Shown here one piece after another: positions 22,986 to 33,154 of a stretch of DNA of 39,680 nucleotides. The DNA is from a virus. Taxonomy: Duplodnaviria; Caudoviricetes. The stretch lies in IMG/VR virus record IMGVR_UViG_3300036940_000698, positions 1-39,680 of that record; one strand, 5' to 3'. Each line of letters begins with the position of its first letter. Positions within the stretch are counted from its first letter, which is position 1. The position numbers were made by a program, and so were the translations under genes. Under the pieces are notes generated by a model. It was not told the origin of the DNA, ran no database searches, and saw only the letters and a program-made list of their open reading frames with translations.

Positions 22986-25006
22986 AGATCAAGATCAGCG
23001 ACGAAGAAATCCTGGAGCTCATCCAGCCCGACATTGACCAGGCCGAGGATTGGGCGCGGCAGCTTTCGGACGAGCGCAAGAAGTGCAACGACCTGTACAA
23101 CCGGGAGAAGCTCGGCAACGAGCAGGACGGGTTCTCGCAGCATGTCGCGGCCGTGGTGTTCGACACCATCAACTGGCTGTTGCCCGGCCTGGACGCCATT
23201 TTCACCCATCCTGACTTTTTCACGGTCCTGATGGAGAACAACGACCGGGCGGAAAAGAACAAAAAGCTGCTGCGCAACCAGCTTTTCAGCCAGCAGGACG
23301 GGGCCAACCAGTTGCTGACCTACATGGAAGTGGCCCTGCGCTACCACAACGGGGTCATCAAGGTCTGGTTTGACGAGCAATATGACACGGTGTCGGAGGA
23401 GTTCGACGAACTGAACCAGGTGCAATTCGCCATGCTCCAGCAAGAGGGCTGGCAGCCGTCCAAGTTCGAGCAGGTAGAAACCGTACAAGACGACGGCGCG
23501 GTGCTGGTAACCTACCAGAACGTGAAGATGATCCGGCGCGAGGAAATTTTCAGGGGCCCGAAGGTCGAGGCGCTGCCGCCGTGGGAGTTCCTTATCTCTC
23601 CTGGCGCCAAGTCCATAGACGAGGCCAGACTCGTCATCCACCGGACGCGCAAAACCATCGACGACATCACCCGCAAGGAGCGGGCTGGTGTCTACCGCAA
23701 GGGTTCGGCCAAGGCGGCGGCAGAAGAGAAACACGACGATCTGGACGTGCCGGAACTGCGCGAGGAGAGGGAGGCCGTCTACACCGCCGACGATCTGGAC
23801 GTGGCCGACATCGAGGGCAATGCCTTCGACACGGACAACGAGCGGCTTGGCCCGGGCATGACCGTGTTTGTGGACGAAATCCACACCCGCCTGGACATCG
23901 ACGGCGACGGCCTACTGGAAAACGTGATCATCTGGAAGACCGGAAAGGTCATCCTGAACGTTGTGGAGAGCCCCTACCGCCGCCCGCCGTTCCGGTCCGG
24001 GAAGCTGTTCAACGTGCCGTTTCGGTTCGAGGGCGCACCCCTGCCCATGCACCTCGAAGACGATCAGCGCGAGATGACCAACCTTCAGCGTATTTTCACG
24101 GACGCCAGCGCAGAAGCCGCATACGGGACCATGCTCACCAATGACGCGGCGTTCGCCAGCCAGTGGTCCGCGCGGACTATCGGCGACACGCTGATACACC
24201 CATCCTTGACCCCCGGCTCCTACGACATCGTCAAGCCGGACCAGCCAGGCAAGACCACCCTGGATGCCATCGAGATGAAGCGCACGGACTACGAGCGCAC
24301 CAGCGGCGTCAACTCGCTGAACCAGGGGCTGACCGCCGACTCCATGGGCAAGACGGCTACCGGGACCATGGCCCTGCAAAACGCGGGGCAGCAGCGCCAG
24401 AAGTTTTACGCCAAGCTCCTTGGAGGTCCGCTGAAGAAGGTCCTCAAGGATATGATGTGGATCAACCAGACGTGGCCACCAAAAGAGGCTTTCACGATCA
24501 TCGGCAAGGACGCCATTGAAATCACCCCGGACGATCTCAAGGGACGGCACGACATCGAGATCGAGGTCGGTGTCGGGCCGCAAGACCGCATGCAGCAGGC
24601 CCAGGTGCTGGAACAACATTTCCAAAAGCTGGCCCAGGCCATGATTCCCGCCGGGGTGGCTGGACCGGAACATCTCATCCGCACCGAGCGCAAGATTGGC
24701 AAGCTGATGGGTGTGTCCGTAGATGATCTCCAATTTTCGGACGACGAGTTCAACACGCTGCAACGGATGCAGCAGACAATCCAGCAAATGCAGGCCCGCC
24801 TGCAACAACTCGATGGAGGCATGAATGTCCAAGGCCAAGCCCAAGGACCAGGACCAGGCGCGCAGGGAATCCCTGGAGGCGCAATTCCAGCAAGGGGAGC
24901 AGGCCCGCAAGCTCAAGGGCAACCGGTACTTCAACCGGGTCCTGTCGGAATACCGGGAGGCCCTGGAGCGGAACGTCCTGGCCCTGTCCCCGATGGAGCA
25001 GGATAA
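22982..25006 (+). CDS. Portal protein (P22-like)
   Basis: Size and position after terL; ERTSGV...TATG motif; Gln-rich C-terminal helix. Confidence 0.88.
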   Translation: MKIKISDEEILELIQPDIDQAEDWARQLSDERKKCNDLYNREKLGNEQDGFSQHVAAVVFDTINWLLPGLDAIFTHPDFFTVLMENNDRAEKNKKLLRNQLFSQQDGANQLLTYMEVALRYHNGVIKVWFDEQYDTVSEEFDELNQVQFAMLQQEGWQPSKFEQVETVQDDGAVLVTYQNVKMIRREEIFRGPKVEALPPWEFLISPGAKSIDEARLVIHRTRKTIDDITRKERAGVYRKGSAKAAAEEKHDDLDVPELREEREAVYTADDLDVADIEGNAFDTDNERLGPGMTVFVDEIHTRLDIDGDGLLENVIIWKTGKVILNVVESPYRRPPFRSGKLFNVPFRFEGAPLPMHLEDDQREMTNLQRIFTDASAEAAYGTMLTNDAAFASQWSARTIGDTLIHPSLTPGSYDIVKPDQPGKTTLDAIEMKRTDYERTSGVNSLNQGLTADSMGKTATGTMALQNAGQQRQKFYAKLLGGPLKKVLKDMMWINQTWPPKEAFTIIGKDAIEITPDDLKGRHDIEIEVGVGPQDRMQQAQVLEQHFQKLAQAMIPAGVAGPEHLIRTERKIGKLMGVSVDDLQFSDDEFNTLQRMQQTIQQMQARLQQLDGGMNVQGQAQGPGPGAQGIPGGAIPARGAGPQAQGQPVLQPGPVGIPGGPGAERPGPVPDGAG

Positions 25007-25139
25007 ATTCAGCGCCTGCCGCTCACAGCTCATGGCCCTTGAGGCCATCGTGAAGCGAGTTGATGGCGACATTGCGAACGGCGACAAGGCCCAGGCCGAG
25101 TTGTCCGGCGAGATGAAGAAAGTACGGCGGGTTTCCTGA
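24825..25139 (+). CDS. Hypothetical head-associated protein
   Basis: GGAGG RBS; helical 104-aa protein between portal and scaffold. Confidence 0.7.
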   Translation: MSKAKPKDQDQARRESLEAQFQQGEQARKLKGNRYFNRVLSEYREALERNVLALSPMEQDKFSACRSQLMALEAIVKRVDGDIANGDKAQAELSGEMKKVRRVS

Positions 25140-25171
25140 TCCGCCACAACGAATAACCAAGGAGCATCGAC

Positions 25172-26218
25172 ATGGGAGATCAGTGGACCGTTGAAACGGT
25201 CGAGGCTGACCAGGCCGACGAGCGCGACGAGCGCGAGGAGTCCATACAGGACGAGCCTTTTGACGGCGACCCTATGCAGATCGGCGAGGCGTTCGGGGAT
25301 GACGGCGAAGACGGCGCAGAAGCGGACGAAGGCCAGGCCGAGCAGGCAGCCGAGTCCGACGCCGGGGAACCGCAGCCCGAGCAGGAGAAACAGGAAGGCG
25401 AAGGGCAGGAGCGGACGTTGCCCGCATACTGGGACGAAGAGACGAAAAGACAATTCGCCGAGCTTCCCCCGGAATTGCACGACAAGGCCCTTGCTTGGGA
25501 AAAAGGCCGGGAGGCGTTTGTATCGCGCAAGTCCCAGGAACTTTCCCGCGCCACGGAAAAGGCCGCAGGCGCTGCGCAGATCATGCAGATGATGGAGAAC
25601 AATCCGTCATTCCGCGCGCACGTCGTGAGCTTCGGCCAGCAGCAACAGCAACAGGAAAACAATCAACAGGGAACCGAACAGCCGCCCGAAGACCCGCTTG
25701 AGTTCATCGAGTGGAAAGCAAAGCAGGCGGCCATGCAGGAACTGACCCCGCGTCTGGAAAAGATGCAACAGCAGTTTACCGCATCGCAACAGCAGCAGCG
25801 CAGGGACACGGCCAAGGCGCTCATCCAGCGTGACGAGCACTACCCGGCTGTCCACCAGGCCATCGCGCAGGAAGTCAAGGACGTTGCCGAGCGATTCGGC
25901 GAGGAGGAGGCGAGACGCCTCTACTCCCGCCTGGACTCGGACCCCGACTTCTACATGCGCCGGTATCAGGCCATCCGCGACGGCGTGGTCAAGGCCGCGC
26001 AGAAGCAGGAAGCTCCCGGCGACAAGACCGCAACCGAGGTCACCGGGACCGTGCCCAAGGGCCGTACCGTGACCGAACGCGCTCCCGTCCTGGAAGGGGC
26101 CGGAAGCAGCGCACAGGCCAACGAGGTCACTGCAAGGCGAAGAGAAGCCCGCAAGCGCGTCAGGGCCTACAAGGGGTCCCTGACCGATATCGGCGAGCTG
26201 TTCGGCGATCCCGATTAA
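25172..26218 (+). CDS. Capsid scaffolding protein
   Basis: Acidic N-terminus, helical, basic C-terminus, upstream of MCP. Confidence 0.8.
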   Translation: MGDQWTVETVEADQADERDEREESIQDEPFDGDPMQIGEAFGDDGEDGAEADEGQAEQAAESDAGEPQPEQEKQEGEGQERTLPAYWDEETKRQFAELPPELHDKALAWEKGREAFVSRKSQELSRATEKAAGAAQIMQMMENNPSFRAHVVSFGQQQQQQENNQQGTEQPPEDPLEFIEWKAKQAAMQELTPRLEKMQQQFTASQQQQRRDTAKALIQRDEHYPAVHQAIAQEVKDVAERFGEEEARRLYSRLDSDPDFYMRRYQAIRDGVVKAAQKQEAPGDKTATEVTGTVPKGRTVTERAPVLEGAGSSAQANEVTARRREARKRVRAYKGSLTDIGELFGDPD

Positions 26219-26230
26219 GGAGTAATCACC

Positions 26231-27199
26231 ATGGCTGATGTCGTCACCAAGACCGTCACCACCAACTATGACAAGTCCATCCCGGAAGAGGTGGACTCCC
26301 TGATCACCAACGTGGCCCCGACCGACACCCCGTTCCTGACCTCCATCGGTCAGGGCGCGAAGGTCAAGACCCTGCATCCCGAGTGGCTGGAAGATACTCT
26401 GGGCGATGCCGGTGAAAACGCCCACGTCGAGGGTGCGGACTCCAGCGCCGCGGCGATCACCCCGCCCGCCCTGCTGGACAACCGCGTCCAGCGCCTGGAA
26501 AAGGCGTTCATGATCTCCGAGGACCTGGAAAAGACCGACAAGCACGGGCGTAAGTCCGAAATCAAGTACCAGTCCGGCCTCAAGACCAAGGAACTGGCCC
26601 GCGACCTGGAATGGAACCTGATCAACCAGACCAAGCAGGCCGGGACCACGACCCTGCCCGCCAAGATGGACGGCGTGATCAACTACGCGGGCACCGGCAA
26701 CACCTATGATTTCGACGCCACCCCGGCAGCCACCAACCACATTACCGAGGAAATCCTGAACGACGTTCTTCAGTCGATGTGGGAGCAGGGTGCGGACCCG
26801 GATTGTGTCTTGGCCCCGCCCGCCCAGAAGCGGAAAATTTCCGCTTTCACTCAGGGCGGACGCCTGACCATCAACTCCAATGCCTCGGAAAAGGCTCTGC
26901 GCATGACTGTGCGCATCCTCGAAACCGACTTCGGCATCGTGGCCGTTCTGCCCGAGCGGTTCATCGCCCCGAGCGTGGACACCACGCCGGACCCGGACGT
27001 CTACTACGACAAGCTGGTGGTCTACGAGAAGGGCCGCCTGGCATGCGCCACCTTCCGCCCGCTCAAGCGCGAGAAGCTGGCCAAGACTGGCGACGCCGAA
27101 AAGTTCCGGATGACCATGTCCAAGATGCTGAAGGTGCGCTCCAAGAAGTGCGTCGGCACCATCACCAACCTGACCCGCGTCCAGCCCGAGGCCGCGTAG
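26231..27199 (+). CDS. Major capsid protein (DUF5309/SU10-like)
   Basis: ITNVAPTDTPFLTSIG...HPEWLEDTL...EGAD...KELARDLE; strong codon bias. Confidence 0.9.
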   Translation: MADVVTKTVTTNYDKSIPEEVDSLITNVAPTDTPFLTSIGQGAKVKTLHPEWLEDTLGDAGENAHVEGADSSAAAITPPALLDNRVQRLEKAFMISEDLEKTDKHGRKSEIKYQSGLKTKELARDLEWNLINQTKQAGTTTLPAKMDGVINYAGTGNTYDFDATPAATNHITEEILNDVLQSMWEQGADPDCVLAPPAQKRKISAFTQGGRLTINSNASEKALRMTVRILETDFGIVAVLPERFIAPSVDTTPDPDVYYDKLVVYEKGRLACATFRPLKREKLAKTGDAEKFRMTMSKMLKVRSKKCVGTITNLTRVQPEAA

Positions 27200-27207
27200 G
27201 CAACCAA

Positions 27208-27235
27208 CCGGGGAGGGGGTACAACCTCTCCCCGG
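27208..27235 (+). terminator. Stem-loop after the capsid gene (no U-tract; stabiliser or weak terminator)
   Basis: CCGGGGAGGGG...CCTCTCCCCGG. Confidence 0.5.
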
Positions 27236-27241
27236 CCAGGA

Positions 27242-27607
27242 GTGAGCAGAATGGCAGATTTCGACAACCTGATCAGCGTGGAGAACCGGGTCATCGGCAA
27301 CAGCGACAAGATGAAGCTGACCCGCGTGACCAGCTACGACGCCGCCGTGATCCGGGAGGCCGCGCACTACGAGCGCGAATTCGGGGACAACGGTTTCTCC
27401 AACAAGCGTGACCATCGCGTCATCGGGGAAATCCCCCTCATTGAGTTCCTGGACATGCAGAGCGAGGCCCAGAAATCGGGAGGTACCCTATCCGGCAAGG
27501 AGTTGAAGCGCTGGCTGGCCGATCATCCCGAGTTCATGGCCGTGGCCAGGCTCAACCACGCCAATGCCAATGCGGCGGGCACCGGCCCGCTGATCATCAT
27601 GAAGTAG
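27242..27607 (+). CDS. Hypothetical virion-module protein
   Basis: RVIGEIP...LKRWLADHPEF; AGGAG RBS. Confidence 0.75.
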   Translation: MSRMADFDNLISVENRVIGNSDKMKLTRVTSYDAAVIREAAHYEREFGDNGFSNKRDHRVIGEIPLIEFLDMQSEAQKSGGTLSGKELKRWLADHPEFMAVARLNHANANAAGTGPLIIMK

Positions 27608-27617
27608 GAGCAGGCCC

Positions 27618-28244
27618 ATGGCCAACGTGCTGAACCGCATCACCGAGCTAGTTAGGACCGAACTGAACGACGGCACACAGAGCCGGTGGACAGACGCCGA
27701 ACTGCTGGCCTTCATGAAGCAGGCCGTGCGCCGGGCAAACGCGCTCGGGCAGCGGAAGCGGCTGGCGTTCATGCGCGGCAAGCAGGACTACACCCTGGCG
27801 GCCGGTGAATCCTCGCTGACCCTGCCCACGGACTTCCTGACGCCCATCAGCCTGACCAGGATGGACACAAACCAGCCCCTGGACAAGACGGACGGCGACA
27901 GGCTGGACACCATCGTCTCAGCCACTGAGGCGGCGGTGTACAGCGTGGAGGACGGCACCATCGATATCATGGCCGCGCCCGTGAACGATGTCCCGCTTCG
28001 GTTGCGCTACTACGTGGACGCAGCGCCGGATGCGTTGACCCTGCCCAGCCCCATGCCGTGGGGCGGCAAGCTGGATTACATCCTGTGCGAGTACGTGGAG
28101 CTCAGGGCCCGGAAGGTCGACAGGTACGACACGTCCATGGACATCGCCCTGCTCGACGACATGGAAAAGCAGATCGTGGCCATGTACGGCGACCTGGGCC
28201 AGACCGTGCACAAGTCGCGCGGATGGAACGGGGGGAGGGTGTAG
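27618..28244 (+). CDS. Head-tail adaptor protein
   Basis: VRTELND...RWTDAELLAF...LPTDFL adaptor motif. Confidence 0.8.
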   Translation: MANVLNRITELVRTELNDGTQSRWTDAELLAFMKQAVRRANALGQRKRLAFMRGKQDYTLAAGESSLTLPTDFLTPISLTRMDTNQPLDKTDGDRLDTIVSATEAAVYSVEDGTIDIMAAPVNDVPLRLRYYVDAAPDALTLPSPMPWGGKLDYILCEYVELRARKVDRYDTSMDIALLDDMEKQIVAMYGDLGQTVHKSRGWNGGRV

Positions 28245-28246
28245 GC

Positions 28247-29767
28247 ATGTTCATCGGCGGCCGCAGGGAAGTACCTCTCATCATGCAGCCCACCGGGGGC
28301 TGGAATGCCGCGTTGCACCCGTCGCAGATTGCCGACAACGAGCTTTCGCAGGCGTTCAACGTGGTCTACGACGCATCGACGGGCAAGCTGGTCACGCGCC
28401 AGGGGTTGGGCGTGGCCTCCACGACGGCGCTCGGCGACCCGATCACCATGCTGTACCCGTACGTGCGCAAGGACTCCGAGGGCTACCTGATGGCCGAGGC
28501 GGCGGGCAAGCTCTACCACTACGATTTTTCGACGAGCGCTTGGGTCCTGGTGGACACGCTCGACAGCACGGGCACCCCGACCATGACCACGTTCAACGGC
28601 AAGCTGATCGTGGCGGACGGTGCGTTCGGGGGACTGCTGTCCTGGGACGGCTCCAAGGTGGACCGGATCGAGGGCAGCCCACAGGCGACCATCGTATTCT
28701 CGGCGCGTGGACGGCTGGTCTGCAACATGGTGGACGATCTGGACGCCGTGTACATGAGCGCACCGGAGGATGAAACGAATTGGGACACGACGAGCGGCGG
28801 GGCCGTTTCCATCCGCGCGGGTTTCGGCGACGGCATGAAGGTGAACGGGTTCGCCATGGTTTCCGGTTCGCTGATCGTGTCCAAGGTTGCCCGCAGCGAC
28901 GGTGCCGTGGTCGCGAAGAAGCTGTGGCGGGTCGACATGTCCGCAACGGCGTCCTCTTGGGTTGCCGACGATCTGAGCCTGTCCAACGCGGCTATCGGGC
29001 CGCACTGCATCACCGGGTTCGGTAACAACGTCTACTACATCGACTCCGAGGGATTCGAGGCCCTGGCGCCGACACAGGCATACGGTGACATCGCCACCGA
29101 TCCGGTCATCGGGAGCAAGGTCAACGCCGTACTCGGGCAGTTCGCCAACCTAGCCGACGAGCCCCGCATGGTGAAACTGCCGAGCATGGCGTCTGTGTGG
29201 ACGCTGCTCACCAGGATGGGAGCGTGGAGCCAGATATACACGTACTCCCCGCTCGGCGGGTTCACGGAAATCAATTTCGCAACGGACATTTACGCAGTGG
29301 CTGAGTTCGGCGGCAAGGTCTATCTGGCCGGTGAATCCGGGTACCTGTACACGCTGCAAAACCGGGCCGTGGACGAGATCGAACCGGGCGTGGAGCGGGA
29401 CGTTGTCTCGGTGGCGCGGTTCAAGATGATCACCGGGCCTGGCGACCTGCTCCTGACCAAGGTCATTCTCCAGACGAATTTCGAGTGGTCCGGCACCTAC
29501 AACATCGAGGTCTACGGCAGCGACGAGCAGGAAAAGCGGCTGTTGCAGACCGTGGATTTCGTGCGCGGGTCCGGGGCCGACGCCCTGCATGATGCGCTGT
29601 ACGAACTGGCCGACGCGGATTTTCCGCTGACCGGCGGCAGGGTGGAGAACCGGGAATGCCGGGCGCAATTCCGCAACAGCGGGATCATGTTGCAGATTCG
29701 GACCATGAACGGCGGCCGGATGAGCATATCCGAACTGGCCGCGAAACTTGTTGTAGTGGGGAGGTAG
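28247..29767 (+). CDS. Tail nozzle / stabilisation protein (P22 gp10-like)
   Basis: GGWN...IADNE...NV...LVTRQG N-terminus; beta-rich; follows the adaptor. Confidence 0.75.
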   Translation: MFIGGRREVPLIMQPTGGWNAALHPSQIADNELSQAFNVVYDASTGKLVTRQGLGVASTTALGDPITMLYPYVRKDSEGYLMAEAAGKLYHYDFSTSAWVLVDTLDSTGTPTMTTFNGKLIVADGAFGGLLSWDGSKVDRIEGSPQATIVFSARGRLVCNMVDDLDAVYMSAPEDETNWDTTSGGAVSIRAGFGDGMKVNGFAMVSGSLIVSKVARSDGAVVAKKLWRVDMSATASSWVADDLSLSNAAIGPHCITGFGNNVYYIDSEGFEALAPTQAYGDIATDPVIGSKVNAVLGQFANLADEPRMVKLPSMASVWTLLTRMGAWSQIYTYSPLGGFTEINFATDIYAVAEFGGKVYLAGESGYLYTLQNRAVDEIEPGVERDVVSVARFKMITGPGDLLLTKVILQTNFEWSGTYNIEVYGSDEQEKRLLQTVDFVRGSGADALHDALYELADADFPLTGGRVENRECRAQFRNSGIMLQIRTMNGGRMSISELAAKLVVVGR

Positions 29768-29771
29768 CGCG

Positions 29772-30806
29772 ATGCCGAGTCTTGGCGGTGGCGGGAATTA
29801 CGGCGGGAGCGACCCGAGCGGAGGCGCAGGGCGCGACTCCGGCGGGTATGGCATGGGCGGCGGTGGCCGTGACAATGACAACGGGCGCAACAGTTCATGG
29901 GCTCAGGACCCGAGGACCGGACGCTGGACCAAGGTCGGCGCACCGTCCCGCATGGGCGGCATGATGACCACGGCGGCTGGCTACAACATGAACCGCGCGG
30001 CGGACCGGGCGAACGGCGGGCTGGGGCTCCAGGCCTACGGCATCGACTCCAAGCAAAGCCCGTTCTACAGCGGTTACTATTCGAATTTGCAGCGGAACAT
30101 CAAGGAAGACGCGGCGGGTCGGCGGGCCTCGGAAGCGTCGGTTCGGGACGCGATAGACCGGTCGAGCCTCGGATGGGAGGACAGGACCAAGGCCCTGGAC
30201 GCGTTCAAGGAGGGCAAGATAGGCGACCTGGAGTCCCTGGGCATCGACACGTCGCAGATGCAGGAGACGCACCGCAGTCCCGGCCTGATGGGCATGATAG
30301 GTGATTTCTTCGGGGCCAAAAAGAACGACGTTGACACCATGGGCGAGGTCGAGGCCGAGACTCCGGGGTGGGGATACGGCCCACTCGGGTTGGGGCTCGG
30401 CGTACTGGCCCCGGCGGTCGCGGAGCAGGTGTATGGGGTGACGGAGAACGTTCCGGCAGCCATGGCTGCGAAGAAGGCTACGGACTACGTGTCGAGCAAA
30501 ATGACACCGAGCGTTCCCCGCGCGGCCAACTATGCGGCCAAAGCCTTGGGCGTGGCCGGTGTCCCTGTGGCCGGGGCGTTGGCAAATGCGGCAGGCCTCA
30601 TAAACCAGGCGCGTGACCTTAATTACATCGGCCAGACAAACCCATATGGGCCAGCCCGGGCGAATGAGAATTACGGCAGTGAGGGCACTGGCGGAATGAT
30701 GAGCGGGCCGGAGGCTGTCACCGCTTCATTGGCAAGGGGAGAAGGGTACAACCCCGACTTGGCCGGACAATGGCAATACCTCTTTGGAGTGCCATGGTAT
30801 GTCTAG
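29772..30806 (+). CDS. Gly-rich putative internal virion/ejection protein
   Basis: Gly/Ala-rich 344 aa in the ejection-protein region. Confidence 0.6.
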   Translation: MPSLGGGGNYGGSDPSGGAGRDSGGYGMGGGGRDNDNGRNSSWAQDPRTGRWTKVGAPSRMGGMMTTAAGYNMNRAADRANGGLGLQAYGIDSKQSPFYSGYYSNLQRNIKEDAAGRRASEASVRDAIDRSSLGWEDRTKALDAFKEGKIGDLESLGIDTSQMQETHRSPGLMGMIGDFFGAKKNDVDTMGEVEAETPGWGYGPLGLGLGVLAPAVAEQVYGVTENVPAAMAAKKATDYVSSKMTPSVPRAANYAAKALGVAGVPVAGALANAAGLINQARDLNYIGQTNPYGPARANENYGSEGTGGMMSGPEAVTASLARGEGYNPDLAGQWQYLFGVPWYV

Positions 30807-31094
30807 TTATTTGTCTTTGAAATCGTCGAGGCTGGTGCCCGTGGTGTCTCGGTTCCCGGTAGAGAGGAGAGCCCCATCTATGAGCAACCACAAGATGTCT
30901 TCTCCGTGCTCGTCGAGGAAAGAAGGGTCATTTCTGACCATCGGTGTGTTCGGGCCCAATGCTGTTGGCGAATCCGCATTGGCGAATGCCTCGGCCCGGG
31001 CCTCTTCCGCCTGTTGCTCCATGGTCTTGGGCTGCTTGGGCGCACAGGCGCAGAGCAGGACCACTGCCAGGATGAAAACAAGAATGCGCTTCAT
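30807..31094 (-). CDS. Lipoprotein moron
   Basis: MKRILVFILAVVLLCAC signal peptide and lipobox; antisense to late genes. Confidence 0.75.
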   Translation of the reverse strand: MKRILVFILAVVLLCACAPKQPKTMEQQAEEARAEAFANADSPTALGPNTPMVRNDPSFLDEHGEDILWLLIDGALLSTGNRDTTGTSLDDFKDK

Positions 31095-31113
31095 GGGAAC
31101 CCCCTTTGAAGAT

Positions 31114-31143
31114 ACGATATCACGAAGCGCGTAAAAATTTCAA
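31114..31143 (-). promoter_or_regulatory. Putative sigma70 promoter of the lipoprotein gene
   Basis: TTGAAA-18-TATCGT with TGn extension. Confidence 0.45.
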
Positions 31144-31188
31144 CTAGAGGTTAAACGGCGATCTCTAGAATTTTAGGAGGGAAAAGAC

Positions 31189-32025
31189 ATGGCACTGACC
31201 ACAACCCCATACACCACCAACGCCAGCGTTGGCAGCATGAAGTCCGAGGATGCCCAAAAGAAGGGACTCGGCACCGGATACAACATCATGCAGGCCGGGC
31301 TGACCAGGGAACAGGCATACCCGCAGAGCTACACCGACCAGATGCAGGGACCGGCCCAGGCCGACTACTATCAGTACACGGCACCGGGGCAGATGAACAC
31401 CGTGTCCGGCCTCCAGGGCGGGGACTACGAGGCGCTGACCCAGAGCCTGCAACAGCCTATCTACTCGCAGCACAACAAGGTCATGGCCGGGATCAATGAC
31501 CAGTATTCGGCCAACGGCCTGTACGGGTCCACCGGCGGCGGCATGATGAGCCAGGCACAGGGGGCCCAGAACGAGGCCACGCAGAACGCCCTGTCCAACG
31601 CCGTGGCCACGCGGTACGGGCTCCAGCTCCAGGACCAGGCGCAGCAGATCGACCAGAACAAGGCGCAGTGGGCCGCAGGGCTGGCGAACGCCCAGGAACA
31701 GAACGCCTACAACCAGAACGCCCTGCAATACGACCTCAACCAGCGGAATCAGCAGGCTCAGTGGAACAACTCGCTGTTGGAGCAGGACTACAACCAGGCG
31801 CTCAACGAACTGAACTGGCGCAACTCCATCGACGAGCAGAATTTCCAGCGGGCCATGCAGTTGGCCGGGCAGGGCAATTCCGGGGCCATCGCCAACCAGC
31901 AGTTGCAGGCGGCACAGGACCAGGCCCGGGCGGACAACAACGCGGCCATCTGGGGCTCGGTCGGCAACCTCGCCGGTCAGGCCACCGGCGGCTTGATGGA
32001 CAACCTTTGGGACTCCATCTTCTAG
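31189..32025 (+). CDS. DNA ejection / pilot protein
   Basis: Gln/Asn/Ala-rich helical protein with Gly-rich C-terminal segment. Confidence 0.7.
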   Translation: MALTTTPYTTNASVGSMKSEDAQKKGLGTGYNIMQAGLTREQAYPQSYTDQMQGPAQADYYQYTAPGQMNTVSGLQGGDYEALTQSLQQPIYSQHNKVMAGINDQYSANGLYGSTGGGMMSQAQGAQNEATQNALSNAVATRYGLQLQDQAQQIDQNKAQWAAGLANAQEQNAYNQNALQYDLNQRNQQAQWNNSLLEQDYNQALNELNWRNSIDEQNFQRAMQLAGQGNSGAIANQQLQAAQDQARADNNAAIWGSVGNLAGQATGGLMDNLWDSIF

Positions 32026-32035
32026 GAGGTACGGC

Positions 32036-33154
32036 ATGGGCATGATGGACAGCGGAATAGCCGGTTTCCTGCAAGGGACCGTGTCCGGCATGGACAGGGC
32101 ACGGGATCGCAAACGGCAGGCAGAAATGGACAAACGGCAGGCGCAGAAAGACGCCCTGGCCGAGCAGTTTACACGGCTGCAAATGGACATTGCCAGACAG
32201 AACCGTGCGATGCAGGAATCCAAAATGAGTCAGTTGGAAAACCAGCGCAAGGCCGACGCCTGGATATACCAGAATCCCGGAAACGGCATGATGGCGGCGG
32301 CGGGCGCGGGTGACAATTGGGCGCGCGGTTTCGGCGGCGGCCCGGACCTGACGGCGGCTAGCCCGGAGGCGTACAAGTGGGCCTACGAGCAGAGCAATCC
32401 AAAACCGGCGAAGCTGACCGGGACGCTCGGCAATCTGAAAGCCATGTACCCGGACGCCTCGCCGCAGGAGTTGCTCGGCATGGCCATGTCCATGAGCCGG
32501 GCCGGGGCGAGCAAGACCACGGTTAACACCGGAAGCTTCACAGACGGGCGGCCGGTCGTGAACAAGCCGGAGACGGGCTATCAATATATTTGGGATGAGG
32601 CGAACAACACCTGGAAGGCCGAGCCGATTCCAGGCGGCAGCGTGGCCCGCGGGGACGACGCCAAGGCCGTGGCCGACGCGAACGCCGCCAAGACTCAATC
32701 CACCTATGCCGACGTTGTGACCGGCAGCATAGACCGCGCCTTTGACCTGATCGACAATTCGGGCACGCCGACAACCGGGTTCTGGGGAAGTAGCCTGGCC
32801 GACGTGCCCGGCACTGCCGCCCACGACCTTCAGCAGGCAATCGCGGCCATCGAGTCCAATGTCGGTTTCGACCGGTTGCAGCAGATGCGTGATGCTTCGC
32901 CCACCGGCGGCGCTCTTGGCCAGGTGTCCGAGAAAGAACTTGCTCTGCTCACCGGCGCACTCGGCAGCCTCAAGCAGTCGCAGACCCAGGAACAACTCAG
33001 GTCCAACCTCGCCAACGTGAAACGCATTTACAACCAGATTGTGAACGGTGTGGACGTGCCCGATGGGAACCCGTGGACAGGCGGCAACGATGCGGCAAAC
33101 GACGCCGATACCGAAGCGGACCGCCTCATTCAACAGTATGGGGGCGCGCGATGA
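32036..33154 (+). CDS. DNA ejection protein
   Basis: IESNVGFDRLQQMRDASPTGGALGQVSEKEL motif seen in podovirus internal proteins. Confidence 0.7.
   Translation: MGMMDSGIAGFLQGTVSGMDRARDRKRQAEMDKRQAQKDALAEQFTRLQMDIARQNRAMQESKMSQLENQRKADAWIYQNPGNGMMAAAGAGDNWARGFGGGPDLTAASPEAYKWAYEQSNPKPAKLTGTLGNLKAMYPDASPQELLGMAMSMSRAGASKTTVNTGSFTDGRPVVNKPETGYQYIWDEANNTWKAEPIPGGSVARGDDAKAVADANAAKTQSTYADVVTGSIDRAFDLIDNSGTPTTGFWGSSLADVPGTAAHDLQQAIAAIESNVGFDRLQQMRDASPTGGALGQVSEKELALLTGALGSLKQSQTQEQLRSNLANVKRIYNQIVNGVDVPDGNPWTGGNDAANDADTEADRLIQQYGGAR

Noticed and set aside
25607-27415. 602-aa antisense ORF (and similar ones at 23912-25480, 31802-33133, 8618-9727)
   Set aside because: Shadow ORFs opposite strongly codon-biased GC-rich genes; no motifs
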